A stretch of DNA of 64,000 bases from Promethearchaeota archaeon (GCA_016926735.1 JAFGOA010000187.1:7334-71333), one strand, 5' to 3'. Shown: positions 11,131 to 22,015, counted from the stretch's first letter. Numbers and translations are program-made. Notes: generated by a model not told the origin, from the sequence alone.

Positions 11131-11814
11131 TTGACTGAGTTCTTATTAATAATTAATAAAATCATAAATTATACAAAAAAAGATATAGACAATGGAAATA
11201 CCCCTTCAAAAATCTATAAAATATGTTCTTGTATCCGAGAATCTTTTTGCCTTTCATACGCTATAAGAAAAAATAACAGATTATGGATATATTTTCATAA
11301 AGAAAATTATTTAATTGAATTAAATGGAGAAAAATTAAGATTTCTTGGTTCTGATGAAAGAAGTCAAGCATTATTGTTAATAAAAGCAATAAATATGAGT
11401 AATATTATAGTTTTAGATAAATGGAAACAGTCTACACCGGGTATATTCGTTAGAAAATTTGAAAATGAAATACAATACTATTCATATCTATGTAATAACA
11501 TGAATAAAGAGGTAACAATAATTCCTTTTAAAAAATCATTAGATCCTTTTTACTTTGAAGAAAAGAAAAATAAAATAGAAATTAAATCAAATAATATAAT
11601 AGACCTAGAGAAATTTGAAGATAAATTGCATATTTTATCTTTTAACAAAAAATCTGATGATATATTGATATCATTTATCTCCTATCTCTATTATTTAAAT
11701 AAAGAACTATTGAATAATATTATTATTCTAAAAACCAATAAAATAGTTGGAATAGTAGATAAAATATTATATATAAATTATTTAACTGATACACACAAAA
11801 AAAAAAAAGATTAA
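11131..11814 (+). CDS. TrmY-like tRNA pseudouridine-54 N1-methyltransferase (SPOUT), divergent
   Basis: CSCIRESFCLSYAIR, GEKLRFLGSDERS and STPGIFV match the TrmY pattern. C-terminal part is degenerate. Confidence 0.65.
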   Translation: MTEFLLIINKIINYTKKDIDNGNTPSKIYKICSCIRESFCLSYAIRKNNRLWIYFHKENYLIELNGEKLRFLGSDERSQALLLIKAINMSNIIVLDKWKQSTPGIFVRKFENEIQYYSYLCNNMNKEVTIIPFKKSLDPFYFEEKKNKIEIKSNNIIDLEKFEDKLHILSFNKKSDDILISFISYLYYLNKELLNNIIILKTNKIVGIVDKILYINYLTDTHKKKKD

Positions 11815-11815
11815 T

Positions 11816-13195
11816 TTGATATTACAGAATTTAAAAATTTTTTCTGAAGGAATTCTTAGAAAAGGAGCCCTTGTTATACATAATGGGAAAATCAAATCAA
11901 TCTATTACAATGAGAGTTCTGATGATCAAAAAGAAAATCATGATAAAATAATTGATTGTAAAGAAAAACTTGTAATTCCTGGTATTATTGATATCCATTC
12001 TCACTTACGGGATCTTGGTCAAAGTGAGAAAGAAACATTTTTAACAGCAACAAAAGCAGCAGCAGTTTCTGGTATAACAACTGTTTTTAATATGCCAAAT
12101 ACCATTCCTCCAGCTATTACCGCAGAACAAGTTAAATCGTGGATGTATAAAGCAGAGAAAAAAATCTTTGTTAATGTTGGATTTATCTCTGGTATTCCAA
12201 AAAACATTGATTTAGAGGAAATTTCAAAAATTATTAATTTAGGTGTAATTGGATTTAAAATCTATCCCCTAGGATCAATAAATGAAATAGATTGGACAAA
12301 TCCTCTTAATATTCAAAAAATACTCAGAATATCTTCAGATTATCAAATTCCTATCTTTATTCATCCAGACTTCTCTTTAACTAAGAATGAAAAAGATCTT
12401 ATTTTAAAAAAGCATCAAAATAAAGAAATAAATATTTTGAAATTGCATAATGAACTTTATCCTCCCAAAAAAGAAGTAGAATATGTAGAATTCATTTTGA
12501 ATAATTATTATAATTTTATAAATGATAACAATACTCTTTTAGAAAATTATCCAACAATACATTTCTGTCATATCAGCTGCAAAGATAGTTACTTAGCTAT
12601 TAAAAATGCTTTGAAAAAAAATGAGAGATTAAAAATATCTTTTGAAATAACTCCCCATCATTTGTTTTTAACCAATGATATAAAATTGAAAAATCCTAAT
12701 TATGGAAAGGTATTACCACCATTAAGAGATAAACATGATTCACAATTCCTTTTTAATGAATTAAAAAAAGGAAATATCCAATTAATTGGTACGGACCATG
12801 CACCTCATACAATAAAGGAAAAAAATCAAAATTATATAAAAGCTCCTTCTGGATTTCCTGGTTTTGAAACGTATCCATTGATTTTGTTAGACAAGGTGTG
12901 TAATTTTGAATTATCACTCGATCTTTTTATCAGTATTACCTCTCAAAACCCTGCAAAAACTTTTAATATTAAAAATAAAGGATTTATAAAAGAAGGTTAT
13001 GATGCTGATTTGGTGATCATCGATAAAATTCAAGAATATCCTATCAATTCTGAAAAATTTGAATCAAAAGCTAAATTTTCACCTTTTGAAAATATTTTTT
13101 CAAGGATACAAATTTGGAAGGTATTCTTAAAGGGAATTGAAATTAATAAAAATGATTCTCATCCCAAAGGACAAATCATAAAAAGAAATGAATAA
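11816..13195 (+). CDS. pyrC: Dihydroorotase (amidohydrolase family)
   Basis: PGIIDIHSHLRD, MPNTIP, EITPHHL, KVLPPLR and GTDHAPH. Confidence 0.9.
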   Translation: MILQNLKIFSEGILRKGALVIHNGKIKSIYYNESSDDQKENHDKIIDCKEKLVIPGIIDIHSHLRDLGQSEKETFLTATKAAAVSGITTVFNMPNTIPPAITAEQVKSWMYKAEKKIFVNVGFISGIPKNIDLEEISKIINLGVIGFKIYPLGSINEIDWTNPLNIQKILRISSDYQIPIFIHPDFSLTKNEKDLILKKHQNKEINILKLHNELYPPKKEVEYVEFILNNYYNFINDNNTLLENYPTIHFCHISCKDSYLAIKNALKKNERLKISFEITPHHLFLTNDIKLKNPNYGKVLPPLRDKHDSQFLFNELKKGNIQLIGTDHAPHTIKEKNQNYIKAPSGFPGFETYPLILLDKVCNFELSLDLFISITSQNPAKTFNIKNKGFIKEGYDADLVIIDKIQEYPINSEKFESKAKFSPFENIFSRIQIWKVFLKGIEINKNDSHPKGQIIKRNE

Positions 13196-13252
13196 TATTT
13201 ATATCTATTAGTATAATGTCTAAATATATAATTAAAAATCATTCATATAAAC

Positions 13253-13882
13253 ATGTCAGAAGAAGAACAATTTTCTTTGGAAGATGGGAAGTTGCTTGTG
13301 AAATTTGCTAGAGAGAATATTGAATATTATCTTAAAAATGATAGAAAAATCATAATTCCAGATATTGTAAAAGAAAAATTCAAAGATAAGTATGGATGTT
13401 TTGTAACTTTAAATAAAACAACTAACAATGGAAATCCTCTAAGAGGTTGTATTGGGTATATTGAACCTAAATATTCTCTATATGAAGTAATACATAGAGT
13501 ATCTATAAGTTCAGCAGTGGAAGATCCAAGATTTCCTTCAGTATCTATTGAAGAAATGGATGAGATTACGATTGAAATCTCGATATTAACTCCACCAGTT
13601 TTACTGGATGTTAATGATCCTAAAGAATATTTAGATAAAATAGTTATTGGGAGAGATGGACTGATTGCTGAAAAAGGTTTTCGACGTGGATTGCTTTTAC
13701 CTCAAGTACCTGTTGATCATGAAAGAAACTGGGATGTTCCTACTTTTCTATCCCATACATGCCAAAAAGCATGGCTTTCCGCTGATGAGTGGAAAGATAA
13801 AACAACAAAAATATTTACATTTCAAGCTATATTATTTGAAGAAAAAATCCCAAGAGGAGATATAGTAAGAAAATATCTTTAG
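13253..13882 (+). CDS. AMMECR1-domain protein
   Basis: LRGCIG, DPRF, EISILT, G.DGL and GLLLPQV. Confidence 0.93.
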   Translation: MSEEEQFSLEDGKLLVKFARENIEYYLKNDRKIIIPDIVKEKFKDKYGCFVTLNKTTNNGNPLRGCIGYIEPKYSLYEVIHRVSISSAVEDPRFPSVSIEEMDEITIEISILTPPVLLDVNDPKEYLDKIVIGRDGLIAEKGFRRGLLLPQVPVDHERNWDVPTFLSHTCQKAWLSADEWKDKTTKIFTFQAILFEEKIPRGDIVRKYL

Positions 13883-13958
13883 GTTTTGGTATTAGAACTA
13901 AAAAAAATATTAATAATATTTTATAACATATAAAAAAAAAAATAAAAAAAAAACTATT

Positions 13959-15146
13959 TTACAATTTCTTTCTCTTATAAATTCCTATCCCAAATATACT
14001 AATGCCAATAACCAAAATCATCATGAAGAGATCATATCCTGGAACACTATTTGGACCTTCTGGAGGAGCAGTTACTTCAACAGTAACCGTATCAGAAACA
14101 ATATTTCCGGCCTTATCTCTAACTTCAATAACAATAGTATACGTTCCAACTAATAAATGATCTACATTGTATGTTATTGGGCCTCCAGATGTCCATTCAC
14201 CACTATCTACGTTAGAATTTCCTATTTTAACAGTATAAGTATTAGGAAATGAATCAGTAGCCGTCCATGTTATTGTATTTCCAGTTTCTCCAAGTTCAAA
14301 TTTAATGTTAGGGGCATCAGATAGTACTGGATCAATTGATGGTAATACATTAACAGAAACTACGTCAGAATTACTATTCCCTACATCATCATCTACTTCT
14401 AACGAATAAGAATAAGTATTAGTTGATAATCCATCGATATTTATGGATATTGGAGCAGTAGATGTATAGAATCCACTATCAACAGGAGTGCCGTCTCTCT
14501 TAATTGTATAATTCTTAGGACTAGCATCTATGACGTTCCAAGAGATGCTATTACCGCTCGAACCGAATTCATAACTAATAGTACTGGGAGAAGTTATTTC
14601 TGGAGCGGCAGATTCAGCAACTATAAATTCACTATCAACACCTTCTGGTGTTCCTATAGTAGTAAGATCAGCATTAATTAGAGTCTCCGCTGTAATATCA
14701 ATAGGACAGTCACCCTCACCAATGCAAATCCAAGATATTATTACTAAATGTAATTCTGGACTAGGACCTTTTCCTGTAGCATCAAATCCAGAAATCATTA
14801 GATCTCCAATTATGTTATCTACATTTCCAGCAGCAAAGAAACCATCTGGACTCGCTATTACATCAACAGAATCATCTTCTTTTAATTTCACTTGCACTAT
14901 AGTCGGATCAAATAATATATTGATTCCATATGCTGCACATTTCTCATATCCTGTGTTGGTATATACATTAGTCGTAAATTCTTCACCGATTTCTAAATCC
15001 CCGGGATCATTCATCCAAACATCACCGGGACCATCAGCCGTCATAATCATATTTGAAGAATTAGTGATATTTATATTTGGAATTAAAAAAAATATAAAGA
15101 AAACTATAAGAGTATTTATAGCTAATAATATATGTTTATTTTTCAT
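13959..15146 (-). CDS. Secreted surface protein: cohesin-like domain, two Ig-like repeats, C-terminal PGY-TM-basic sorting signal
   Basis: Signal peptide from MKNKHILL (ATG 15146). Cohesin-like AAYGINILFDPTIVQV. Two G.SISW...DD.GN repeats. Ends SVPGYD + TM + KRKKL. Confidence 0.78.
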   Translation of the reverse strand: MKNKHILLAINTLIVFFIFFLIPNINITNSSNMIMTADGPGDVWMNDPGDLEIGEEFTTNVYTNTGYEKCAAYGINILFDPTIVQVKLKEDDSVDVIASPDGFFAAGNVDNIIGDLMISGFDATGKGPSPELHLVIISWICIGEGDCPIDITAETLINADLTTIGTPEGVDSEFIVAESAAPEITSPSTISYEFGSSGNSISWNVIDASPKNYTIKRDGTPVDSGFYTSTAPISINIDGLSTNTYSYSLEVDDDVGNSNSDVVSVNVLPSIDPVLSDAPNIKFELGETGNTITWTATDSFPNTYTVKIGNSNVDSGEWTSGGPITYNVDHLLVGTYTIVIEVRDKAGNIVSDTVTVEVTAPPEGPNSVPGYDLFMMILVIGISIFGIGIYKRKKL

Positions 15147-15601
15147 TATAATGCGCTCAATGCTATTTTTTTGAGTTAATATCTTTGAAAAACTCAATAA
15201 AGGGGTTTTATTAAGATAAAAAAGGTATTTTAACCTATATTAAAAAAAAAGAAGGTATTATTTAAAATAATATGGAGAAATATAGAATCATCTTTTTGTG
15301 AAAAACCTGAAAAATTAAAATTTCTTCATAAAATAAAAAAATTGAGATATAATCTCTACAGATATCAGAAAATTATTCAAGAATTTAATAGAATCTGCAT
15401 TATACTCGATTTTAATTTAAATGTAATTTTAAACGAAGTGATGGAGGATAAAAAAAACTTGATATTGTAAAAGTTGTAGTAGTTCACTCAGATATAGGAA
15501 TTCATATATTAGAAGGGATTATTTAAAAAAAATTCCACAAAAATCTGTTTTTAACAAAATAATCTGTTTAATTAGGGAAAATATATTTATAAAATTTAAC
15601 C

Positions 15602-16000
15602 TCAGGATTTGAGATTGTTTTTTTTTAACGAATCTTGAATATCCACTTTAAAATCAGAAAAGGTTGAGACATCCCCATACCAACAATCTAAAATATCATT
15701 GTATTTATCGAAGAATTTTCTGGATATTTTATAAAGTTCATCGAAAATCTTCTTTTCACTTGTCTTTATAGAAGTATTAGCTACAAATAAGAAGTTTTTT
15801 CGTTTAATTATTCCACATCTTTTTTTTGATAATTCAAAACTTGAAAGACCTTCGTTTGCTAATATTTCTGCAAATGTGTTAAGAGCACTCATCAATCCTC
15901 CAAAAAGTTGAGAATCAAATTCTTTTTGAAAAGTCCTATTAAATAAGACAATACCAGAAGTTGATTCTAATATCCAAAGATCTTGAAGAATTTTAGCCAA
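15602..16000 (-). CDS. Longin/profilin-fold-like small protein
   Basis: LWIL..SGIVLF, DSQLFGGLMSALNTFA, FLFVAN and F..F..DI, a pattern typical of Asgard longin-like proteins. Confidence 0.7.
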   Translation of the reverse strand: MAKILQDLWILESTSGIVLFNRTFQKEFDSQLFGGLMSALNTFAEILANEGLSSFELSKKRCGIIKRKNFLFVANTSIKTSEKKIFDELYKISRKFFDKYNDILDCWYGDVSTFSDFKVDIQDSLKKNNLKS

Positions 16001-16360
16001 CTTGATTTCCTTTAACCGATTTCTTTTTTTAGATCTAATAAATTAGAAATTTAAAAAATTATACAATTTATTTATTTTTAATTCTTAAAAAAATTTTAAG
16101 GAAAAATAAGCATACATAATTAGATATTTAGGTTATGATAAAAATAAGAATAAATAATTCATTTTAAAGAAAAATCTTAGAATTAGAAATATCTCTTAAT
16201 TATTTTAAAAATTTATAAATATTTTCTAAAATTAGTTAAATTCAGATATATTATATATTCTTGCGATTCTAAAATTCAATTAATTTTTTAGAAAAACTTT
16301 ATATATTGTCCTTAATTTTTACCTAAATAATTTACATCAATAATAAGGTATCCTCTCAAA

Positions 16361-16831
16361 ATGAAGGATATAATAATCATAAAACAACCTTGTTGTAAAG
16401 AAGAATTTGATGAGATGTATAATTTAAGATGGAGTCTTCTTTATCATCCTTGGAATCAGCCAAAAGGTTCTGAGAAAGAGTGTGATAAATTTTTTTTCAA
16501 TGAACGAGTTTTCCAATTCATTACTATTCTTAAAGAGAAAATTATTGGCACCGCACAATTCCATATCAATAATGAATATGAAGGACAAATTGAATACTTA
16601 GCTGTTCATGATGATTATCAATGTCAAGGAATAGGAAAAAAACTAATTGAACATATAGAGTGGTTTGCTAAAGGATTGGGAATTCCTTATATATCTTTAA
16701 ATGTTATAAAGAAATCAAAACATCTCTTTGAGAAATTGGATTATCATATTATTGGGGAAGGTCCATTATTATTTAATGAAAAAAAACAATATAAAATGGG
16801 TAAAAATATCATACCAATCCTTATTTGTTAA
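16361..16831 (+). CDS. GNAT N-acetyltransferase
   Basis: LAVHDDYQCQGIGKKL acetyl-CoA motif. Confidence 0.85.
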   Translation: MKDIIIIKQPCCKEEFDEMYNLRWSLLYHPWNQPKGSEKECDKFFFNERVFQFITILKEKIIGTAQFHINNEYEGQIEYLAVHDDYQCQGIGKKLIEHIEWFAKGLGIPYISLNVIKKSKHLFEKLDYHIIGEGPLLFNEKKQYKMGKNIIPILIC

Positions 16832-16914
16832 AATTAATAGATAGATTATAACCTTTTGAATACCTTATTAAAATAAGAATAATCTATTTTGAAAAATTAT
16901 AAATTATATAAAAA

Positions 16915-17562
16915 ATGAAAAGGGAAACAGATCTCCGTTTTGAAGTGATTAGCGTTGCAAAAACCATCTTCAAGAAAGGATTAGTTGATAATTGGGAAGG
17001 AAATGTGAGTATTAGAAGTGATTTAAAACAAGAATTCTATATAACACCAACTTTAAATAATTATCTCGATTTAACCGAAGAAAAAGTTGTACATATGGAT
17101 TTTAATGGAAAAATTCTTAGTAATGGAACAAAACCTTCTACAGAAGCAAAAATGCATTCATTACTATATAGCAATAGAAAAAAGGTCCGCTGTATTATTC
17201 ATACTCATTCTTTATATGCTACAATTCTATCAATTAATCATACAAATATACCAATTATTATGGAAGAGCAAGTTATTTTGTTAGGGGGGTCTATTGAAAT
17301 TTCTGAATATAAAGTAGCTCATACGGAAGAAATTGGGAGGGCTGCTCTAATTGCCTTAAATAATAAAAATGCTGCTTTATTAGCTAATCATGGTGCAATT
17401 ATTTGCGGAAAAACAGTTGAACATGCTATTAAATTTGCAGAATTTCTAGAAAAACTATCAAAAATATATTGGGGAGCATTACAAATTGGAAATCCACAAA
17501 TTCTTTCAGATAAAGATTATGGGGGCTTTCTTGGAGATTTCGAAAATATGTTTTCATGTTGA
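16915..17562 (+). CDS. Class II aldolase/adducin family (FucA-like)
   Basis: EGNVSIR, PSTE..MH, HTHS and LANHG. Confidence 0.9.
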   Translation: MKRETDLRFEVISVAKTIFKKGLVDNWEGNVSIRSDLKQEFYITPTLNNYLDLTEEKVVHMDFNGKILSNGTKPSTEAKMHSLLYSNRKKVRCIIHTHSLYATILSINHTNIPIIMEEQVILLGGSIEISEYKVAHTEEIGRAALIALNNKNAALLANHGAIICGKTVEHAIKFAEFLEKLSKIYWGALQIGNPQILSDKDYGGFLGDFENMFSC

Positions 17563-17662
17563 GATAAAATTAAGATATATAATATATAATTATTCTCTCC
17601 AGAGCTTTTATTTATTATTTTGAAAATATAATAAAAATTTAGTTAATAAAAAGTTGATATGA

Positions 17663-18493
17663 TTGAAATTAGGTATAAGTTCACTTGGTTATATTATTAA
17701 TTGTGGAAATAACAATTCTTATCCTTCATTAATAGAATTAGTTTTAGATTCAACTCAAAAATGTTTGATTGATGCTGAGAAGTATGATTTAGATGTATGT
17801 GAAATTGTGTTTGAGCCCTCAATAATGTTATCAGGAGAAAATAAGCTTTCTCTTGTTGATTTATGCAATTCTTTCTCGATTGAAAAACAGATTCATGCTC
17901 CTTTTATAGATGTATCCTTATGTTCTTTAAACTCGGAAATAAATAATGCTTCTTTAAAACTTTATATAGAATCGGGAAGAATAGCTAAAGAGATTAGATC
18001 AAAAATAATTACAATTCATCCAGGATTTGGAAATATCCTAATTAAATCCCTTCGTAAAAATAATATTGAAATTTTGGATAAAAATATAAAATTTCTTTTA
18101 GAATCAACAGAAAAAATGGATTTAACATATTGCTTGGAGAATATGCCTAAAATGTTACATATTTTTTTAGATGTAGATGAAATAGAAAGGTTCTTCTTTA
18201 TTAATAACAATAATAATCTCTATATGACTTATGATACCTCTCACTTCTGGACTTGTCATGGCGATATCTCCAAATTATGGAAAAAACTCTCTAAAAAAAT
18301 AAAAAATATTCATCTAGTTGATAATTTTGAAAGAGATAGTGATCCTCACCCAGGATTAGGAAATGGTAAAATCAACTTTAATGAAATTTTTCAATTAATT
18401 AAAGAATATCAATATAACGATTCTTTAATAATAGAATTATCCAATTCGGACGATATTCCAAAAAGTATTGAATATATCAGACAATATTTTTAG
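17663..18493 (+). CDS. Sugar-phosphate isomerase/AP-endonuclease-2 TIM-barrel protein
   Basis: HAPFIDV, HPG, LENMP, DTSH, HLVDN...DPH..G.G.I and IIE. Confidence 0.85.
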   Translation: MKLGISSLGYIINCGNNNSYPSLIELVLDSTQKCLIDAEKYDLDVCEIVFEPSIMLSGENKLSLVDLCNSFSIEKQIHAPFIDVSLCSLNSEINNASLKLYIESGRIAKEIRSKIITIHPGFGNILIKSLRKNNIEILDKNIKFLLESTEKMDLTYCLENMPKMLHIFLDVDEIERFFFINNNNNLYMTYDTSHFWTCHGDISKLWKKLSKKIKNIHLVDNFERDSDPHPGLGNGKINFNEIFQLIKEYQYNDSLIIELSNSDDIPKSIEYIRQYF

Positions 18494-18556
18494 ATTTTTT
18501 GTTCAAATCTTTAAAAAAAAAAAGTTTTATATTTATTTCGGTTTTATTATAACATA

Positions 18557-18952
18557 ATGTCACCTATTATATCGCTTCAAATTTCTAATGAATTACTCGA
18601 GAAATTTGAAAATATCCGAAAAATAAGTGGGTTTGATTCAAAAAGTCAAGCTTTAAGAGAATCTATAGTTAATTTTATAGAGAATTATGAAAAATATGAA
18701 AATTTAGAAGATTATAAAATAATAACTATAACATTAACTTATCCTTTTCGAGAGATAATAATAAATGAAATAACAGAAATCTTTTCTCAATTTAGTAATA
18801 TTATTAAAACCGCTACAGATTGGAGAATTGCTGATAAAAAAATAGAAATCATTGTTGTTGTTAGTAAACTAAGTTTGATAAAGGAATTGAAAAATAAATT
18901 ATCAAATATCAAAGATGTTCTTTGTTCAATGCATAAAGTTATAATTGATTAG
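18557..18952 (+). CDS. CopG/NikR-like ribbon-helix-helix regulator with ACT-like C-terminal domain
   Basis: IISLQISNELLEKFE...GFDSKSQALRESI. NikR nickel-binding histidines are not evident. Confidence 0.75.
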   Translation: MSPIISLQISNELLEKFENIRKISGFDSKSQALRESIVNFIENYEKYENLEDYKIITITLTYPFREIIINEITEIFSQFSNIIKTATDWRIADKKIEIIVVVSKLSLIKELKNKLSNIKDVLCSMHKVIID

Positions 18953-18964
18953 TTAATCATTTTT

Positions 18965-19825
18965 TCATTCAAAACGAAGAGAAAGATCTACTTTCATTGC
19001 AGGAAATGATGTTAAGTCTCCTATACTAATTATATCTGGTTCTGAATCCAAATAATCTGAAATATTATCAAGAGTTATACCGCCAGATACTTCTACCAGA
19101 ATATTTTTATTTTTCCTTAGATTTGATTGGTTTAGCAAATAAATTGCTTTTTTAACATTTTCAGGGCTCATGTTGTCACACATAATTATATCTGCTCCAT
19201 TTTTAGCAGCCACAAGAATATCCTCAACCTTTTCTATTTCTATTTCAATTTTTTTTGAATAACTTACTTTATTTCTAATTTTTTTCAGTAGATTTTCAAT
19301 ATTACCCATATAATATCTCAAATGTGTGTCTTTTAGAAGAACCATATCATCTAAAGAAAATCTATGAGTATCTCCTCCTCCTAAATAAACTGCTTTTTTT
19401 TGGAAAATTCTGAGTCCTGGAAGAGTTTTTCTTGTACAAGAGAGTATTATCTTTTTTCCTGAGTTACGAATAATATTTATAAATTCTTTTGTTGTTGTGG
19501 TAATAGAACTCATATTTATAAGTAGATTAAGTGCAATTCTTTCACATAATAAAATATTTCGCGTATTCCCTTTTAATTTTAAAATATTATCCCCCGATTT
19601 AATTGCTTCTCCATCTTTTTTAGAAAGAAATACCTGTATATCCAATAAACCAAATAAAATTTTAATTTCTTCTAATCCAGCAATGTAACCATTACTTTTA
19701 GAAATAATATTTGCAGATGTTACAGAATCTTCTGGAATGATTTCAGAACTTACATCATTAAAATAACAATCTTCTTTTAGAAATGCTTTAAATAATTCTT
19801 CTACTCGAATTTTATTTAAATTCAT
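18965..19825 (-). CDS. nadC: Quinolinate phosphoribosyltransferase
   Basis: ERIALN, TRKTLPG, HRFSLDD.VLLKD.H, MCDN and SGGIT. ATG at 19825 preferred over TTG at 19849. Confidence 0.95.
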   Translation of the reverse strand: MNLNKIRVEELFKAFLKEDCYFNDVSSEIIPEDSVTSANIISKSNGYIAGLEEIKILFGLLDIQVFLSKKDGEAIKSGDNILKLKGNTRNILLCERIALNLLINMSSITTTTKEFINIIRNSGKKIILSCTRKTLPGLRIFQKKAVYLGGGDTHRFSLDDMVLLKDTHLRYYMGNIENLLKKIRNKVSYSKKIEIEIEKVEDILVAAKNGADIIMCDNMSPENVKKAIYLLNQSNLRKNKNILVEVSGGITLDNISDYLDSEPDIISIGDLTSFPAMKVDLSLRFE

Positions 19826-19946
19826 AATTCTGTAAAGTGATTTTTTCAAATTAATTCTTTGCTATAAGAATTTAAAAATTCAGAATTTAGAATGATTAAT
19901 TTCTAACTTTATTTATTTATTATTAAAATTAAGAAAAGGAATGAAA

Positions 19947-20345
19947 TTAAATAGAAATAATTTTGATAAGATCTTCTTTACAATTCTTAATCGCCCAATC
20001 AAGTAATTGATCATAATAATGTTCAACATCATCAGAATCAGGAACTTTTGTTAAAATTGCTAAACAAAAGCTTGTGTCTCCTTCTGGAATAATTATATTT
20101 CTCATTATTATGAGATCCTCTCGAAATTTTATTTTGACTGTATCTAGTGTAGATAAATTCAACTCTTCCCTTGCTTTATCAGCAGCATCGCTTAATAAAG
20201 AACTCATAGCAGCAATAGCTTTTTCATCTGTGTCATCAACTTTCTGTGATGCTAACACTAATCCTGTAGCAGTTGAAAATAAAGAAGCTTTAAAATTTCC
20301 ATTTTCATTTAGTTCTTTAAGAACTAATTCTAATCTTGATACCAT
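19947..20345 (-). CDS. Roadblock/LC7 (LAMTOR-like) protein
   Basis: STATGLVLAS and EKAIAAMSSLL..A....EL. AGGTGA lies 6 nt before the ATG. Confidence 0.8.
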   Translation of the reverse strand: MVSRLELVLKELNENGNFKASLFSTATGLVLASQKVDDTDEKAIAAMSSLLSDAADKAREELNLSTLDTVKIKFREDLIIMRNIIIPEGDTSFCLAILTKVPDSDDVEHYYDQLLDWAIKNCKEDLIKIISI

Positions 20346-20439
20346 AAATATTCACCTATTTTGAAAAATATTATAGATAGTTATCTCGCATATTTTCTTA
20401 GTATTTATAATATATTTTAGATATTTAATTTTAACTTAT

Positions 20440-20970
20440 TTATTTTGAATGGAATTTAAGATTTATAATAAAACTTGAAACAATACCCCTTTCGATATTT
20501 AGGATCATTACACTCGGTCTTGCAATAGGATTATCAAAACCTTTAATTTGATCTGGAGCTTTAGGTTTTGTAGGTGAACCTGGATTTAATAATAATGTAT
20601 TAAAAACTGTTCCTTTGATTAATGGTTTATGTGTATGGCCAAAGACTAGTATTCCACCAATCAAATTCTTTTTTTTACAAAAAGCCTCTAGATTTTCTGG
20701 TAACTTATGAGTAATTCCAATAGTATATTGATCTACTTTTATTTCATTATAATCTTTTTTTTTTTCTAATTTATCATCATCTCCTGATACATAAATGGTT
20801 GGTGCTATCTTAATTAATTCTTTTAATAAATATTCATTATTAATATCTCCAGCATGTATTATTGTATCAACATCTTTAAAGATTTGTTGTAATTCATTTA
20901 ATAATTCGTTAATTTCTTTTTTTTCGAGACTATCAATATGAGTATCAGAAATTAATCCTATTTTTACGAT
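20440..20970 (-). CDS. YfcE/MJ0936 (Vps29-like) metallophosphoesterase, probable ATC start
   Basis: One open frame: IVKIGLISDTH...IIHAGD...VSGDDD...GITH...FGHTH...NPGS. The ORF track shows only the last 74 aa because no ATG/GTG/TTG precedes the motifs. Confidence 0.88.
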   Translation of the reverse strand: MVKIGLISDTHIDSLEKKEINELLNELQQIFKDVDTIIHAGDINNEYLLKELIKIAPTIYVSGDDDKLEKKKDYNEIKVDQYTIGITHKLPENLEAFCKKKNLIGGILVFGHTHKPLIKGTVFNTLLLNPGSPTKPKAPDQIKGFDNPIARPSVMILNIERGIVSSFIINLKFHSK

Positions 20971-20983
20971 GATGATACACCCT

Positions 20984-22015
20984 TCAAATAGCGATAATTC
21001 CTATAATAAATATCATTATAGCTAAAATGAAATCCAAGAATATTCTTAACCACTTATCTTTATTAGATTCTTTTATTTTCTTATCGTTTCTAAAATACGT
21101 CCCAAAAAATTTTATTCCTGTTTTAATACTTGCTTTAATTCGAGGATATTGCCAAAAGAATAATATAGTACTAATTATTAATAAAGGACAATAGATATAA
21201 AGAGCTATATTTATAAAATCATTTGGATAGTTCCATATTGTATGTGAAGATATAATATTATTAAGAGCATGAGCAAATATTAAAGGGAATAACCATTTTT
21301 TCCTTAATAAAAAGATTCCAAATATAATTCCTACAATAAAAGTTTGCAAAAACCAGAGAATAGGGATCCAAGATATAATTCTGAACATATAAGTAAAATG
21401 ACCGAAACCAAAATATAATGAAGAAATCATGACCGCAGACATTTTATGAAAGTAATCATTACCTCTTTTTACCAGTAAACCTCTTGCAATCGTTTCTTCA
21501 TATAAAGCAACAGATATATGTATTATTATCGTTGAAATTAAAAATATTAAATAATCCGAATTGATTAAATAAGCACTTAATTCCGAATTAGATTGCAGAA
21601 CATTAGCACTATATTCAATTGTCTCTGGAAATAATCCATAGAATAAAAAATCAAAGGGAATAAAAACAAGAAATAGTATCAATATTCCATATAATAATTG
21701 ATATTTTGCATTTTTTTTTCCTATAGAATATAGTTTTAACTGACTTATTGCTGGATTTTTTTCTTCTTGGGATCTCCAATTAAAGATTTGATCTGTCAAT
21801 AGAAGAAATAGAGGGATTATTATTATACTACCTAGGGCTCTTAATAAAAAGAAAAGTGGTGCATAATACTCAGATGTTGTTTCAATTAAATTTGGTAATA
21901 ATAATTGTGGTATAAAATTGAAAATTAACAATCCTATAAAGATAATTATTATTTCTACGAGGAACCTTCCTCTTTGGGTCATAATAGTTTCTGAAGCAGT
22001 AGGTTGAGAAAACAA
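20984..22015 (-). CDS. CPBP/CAAX (Abi) intramembrane protease
   Basis: EETIARG, FGFGH and AHALNN in a multi-TM protein. Confidence 0.9.
   Translation of the reverse strand: MFSQPTASETIMTQRGRFLVEIIIIFIGLLIFNFIPQLLLPNLIETTSEYYAPLFFLLRALGSIIIIPLFLLLTDQIFNWRSQEEKNPAISQLKLYSIGKKNAKYQLLYGILILFLVFIPFDFLFYGLFPETIEYSANVLQSNSELSAYLINSDYLIFLISTIIIHISVALYEETIARGLLVKRGNDYFHKMSAVMISSLYFGFGHFTYMFRIISWIPILWFLQTFIVGIIFGIFLLRKKWLFPLIFAHALNNIISSHTIWNYPNDFINIALYIYCPLLIISTILFFWQYPRIKASIKTGIKFFGTYFRNDKKIKESNKDKWLRIFLDFILAIMIFIIGIIAI

Noticed and set aside
15234-15470. Stop-free stretch of about 80 codons on the + strand
   Set aside because: No early standard start and no recognisable motif, so it cannot be supported as a gene.
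20755-20765. Possible frameshift at the 11-nt homopolymer in the phosphoesterase gene
   Set aside because: Counting the run shows the frame is preserved; the short ORF call results from the missing standard start.
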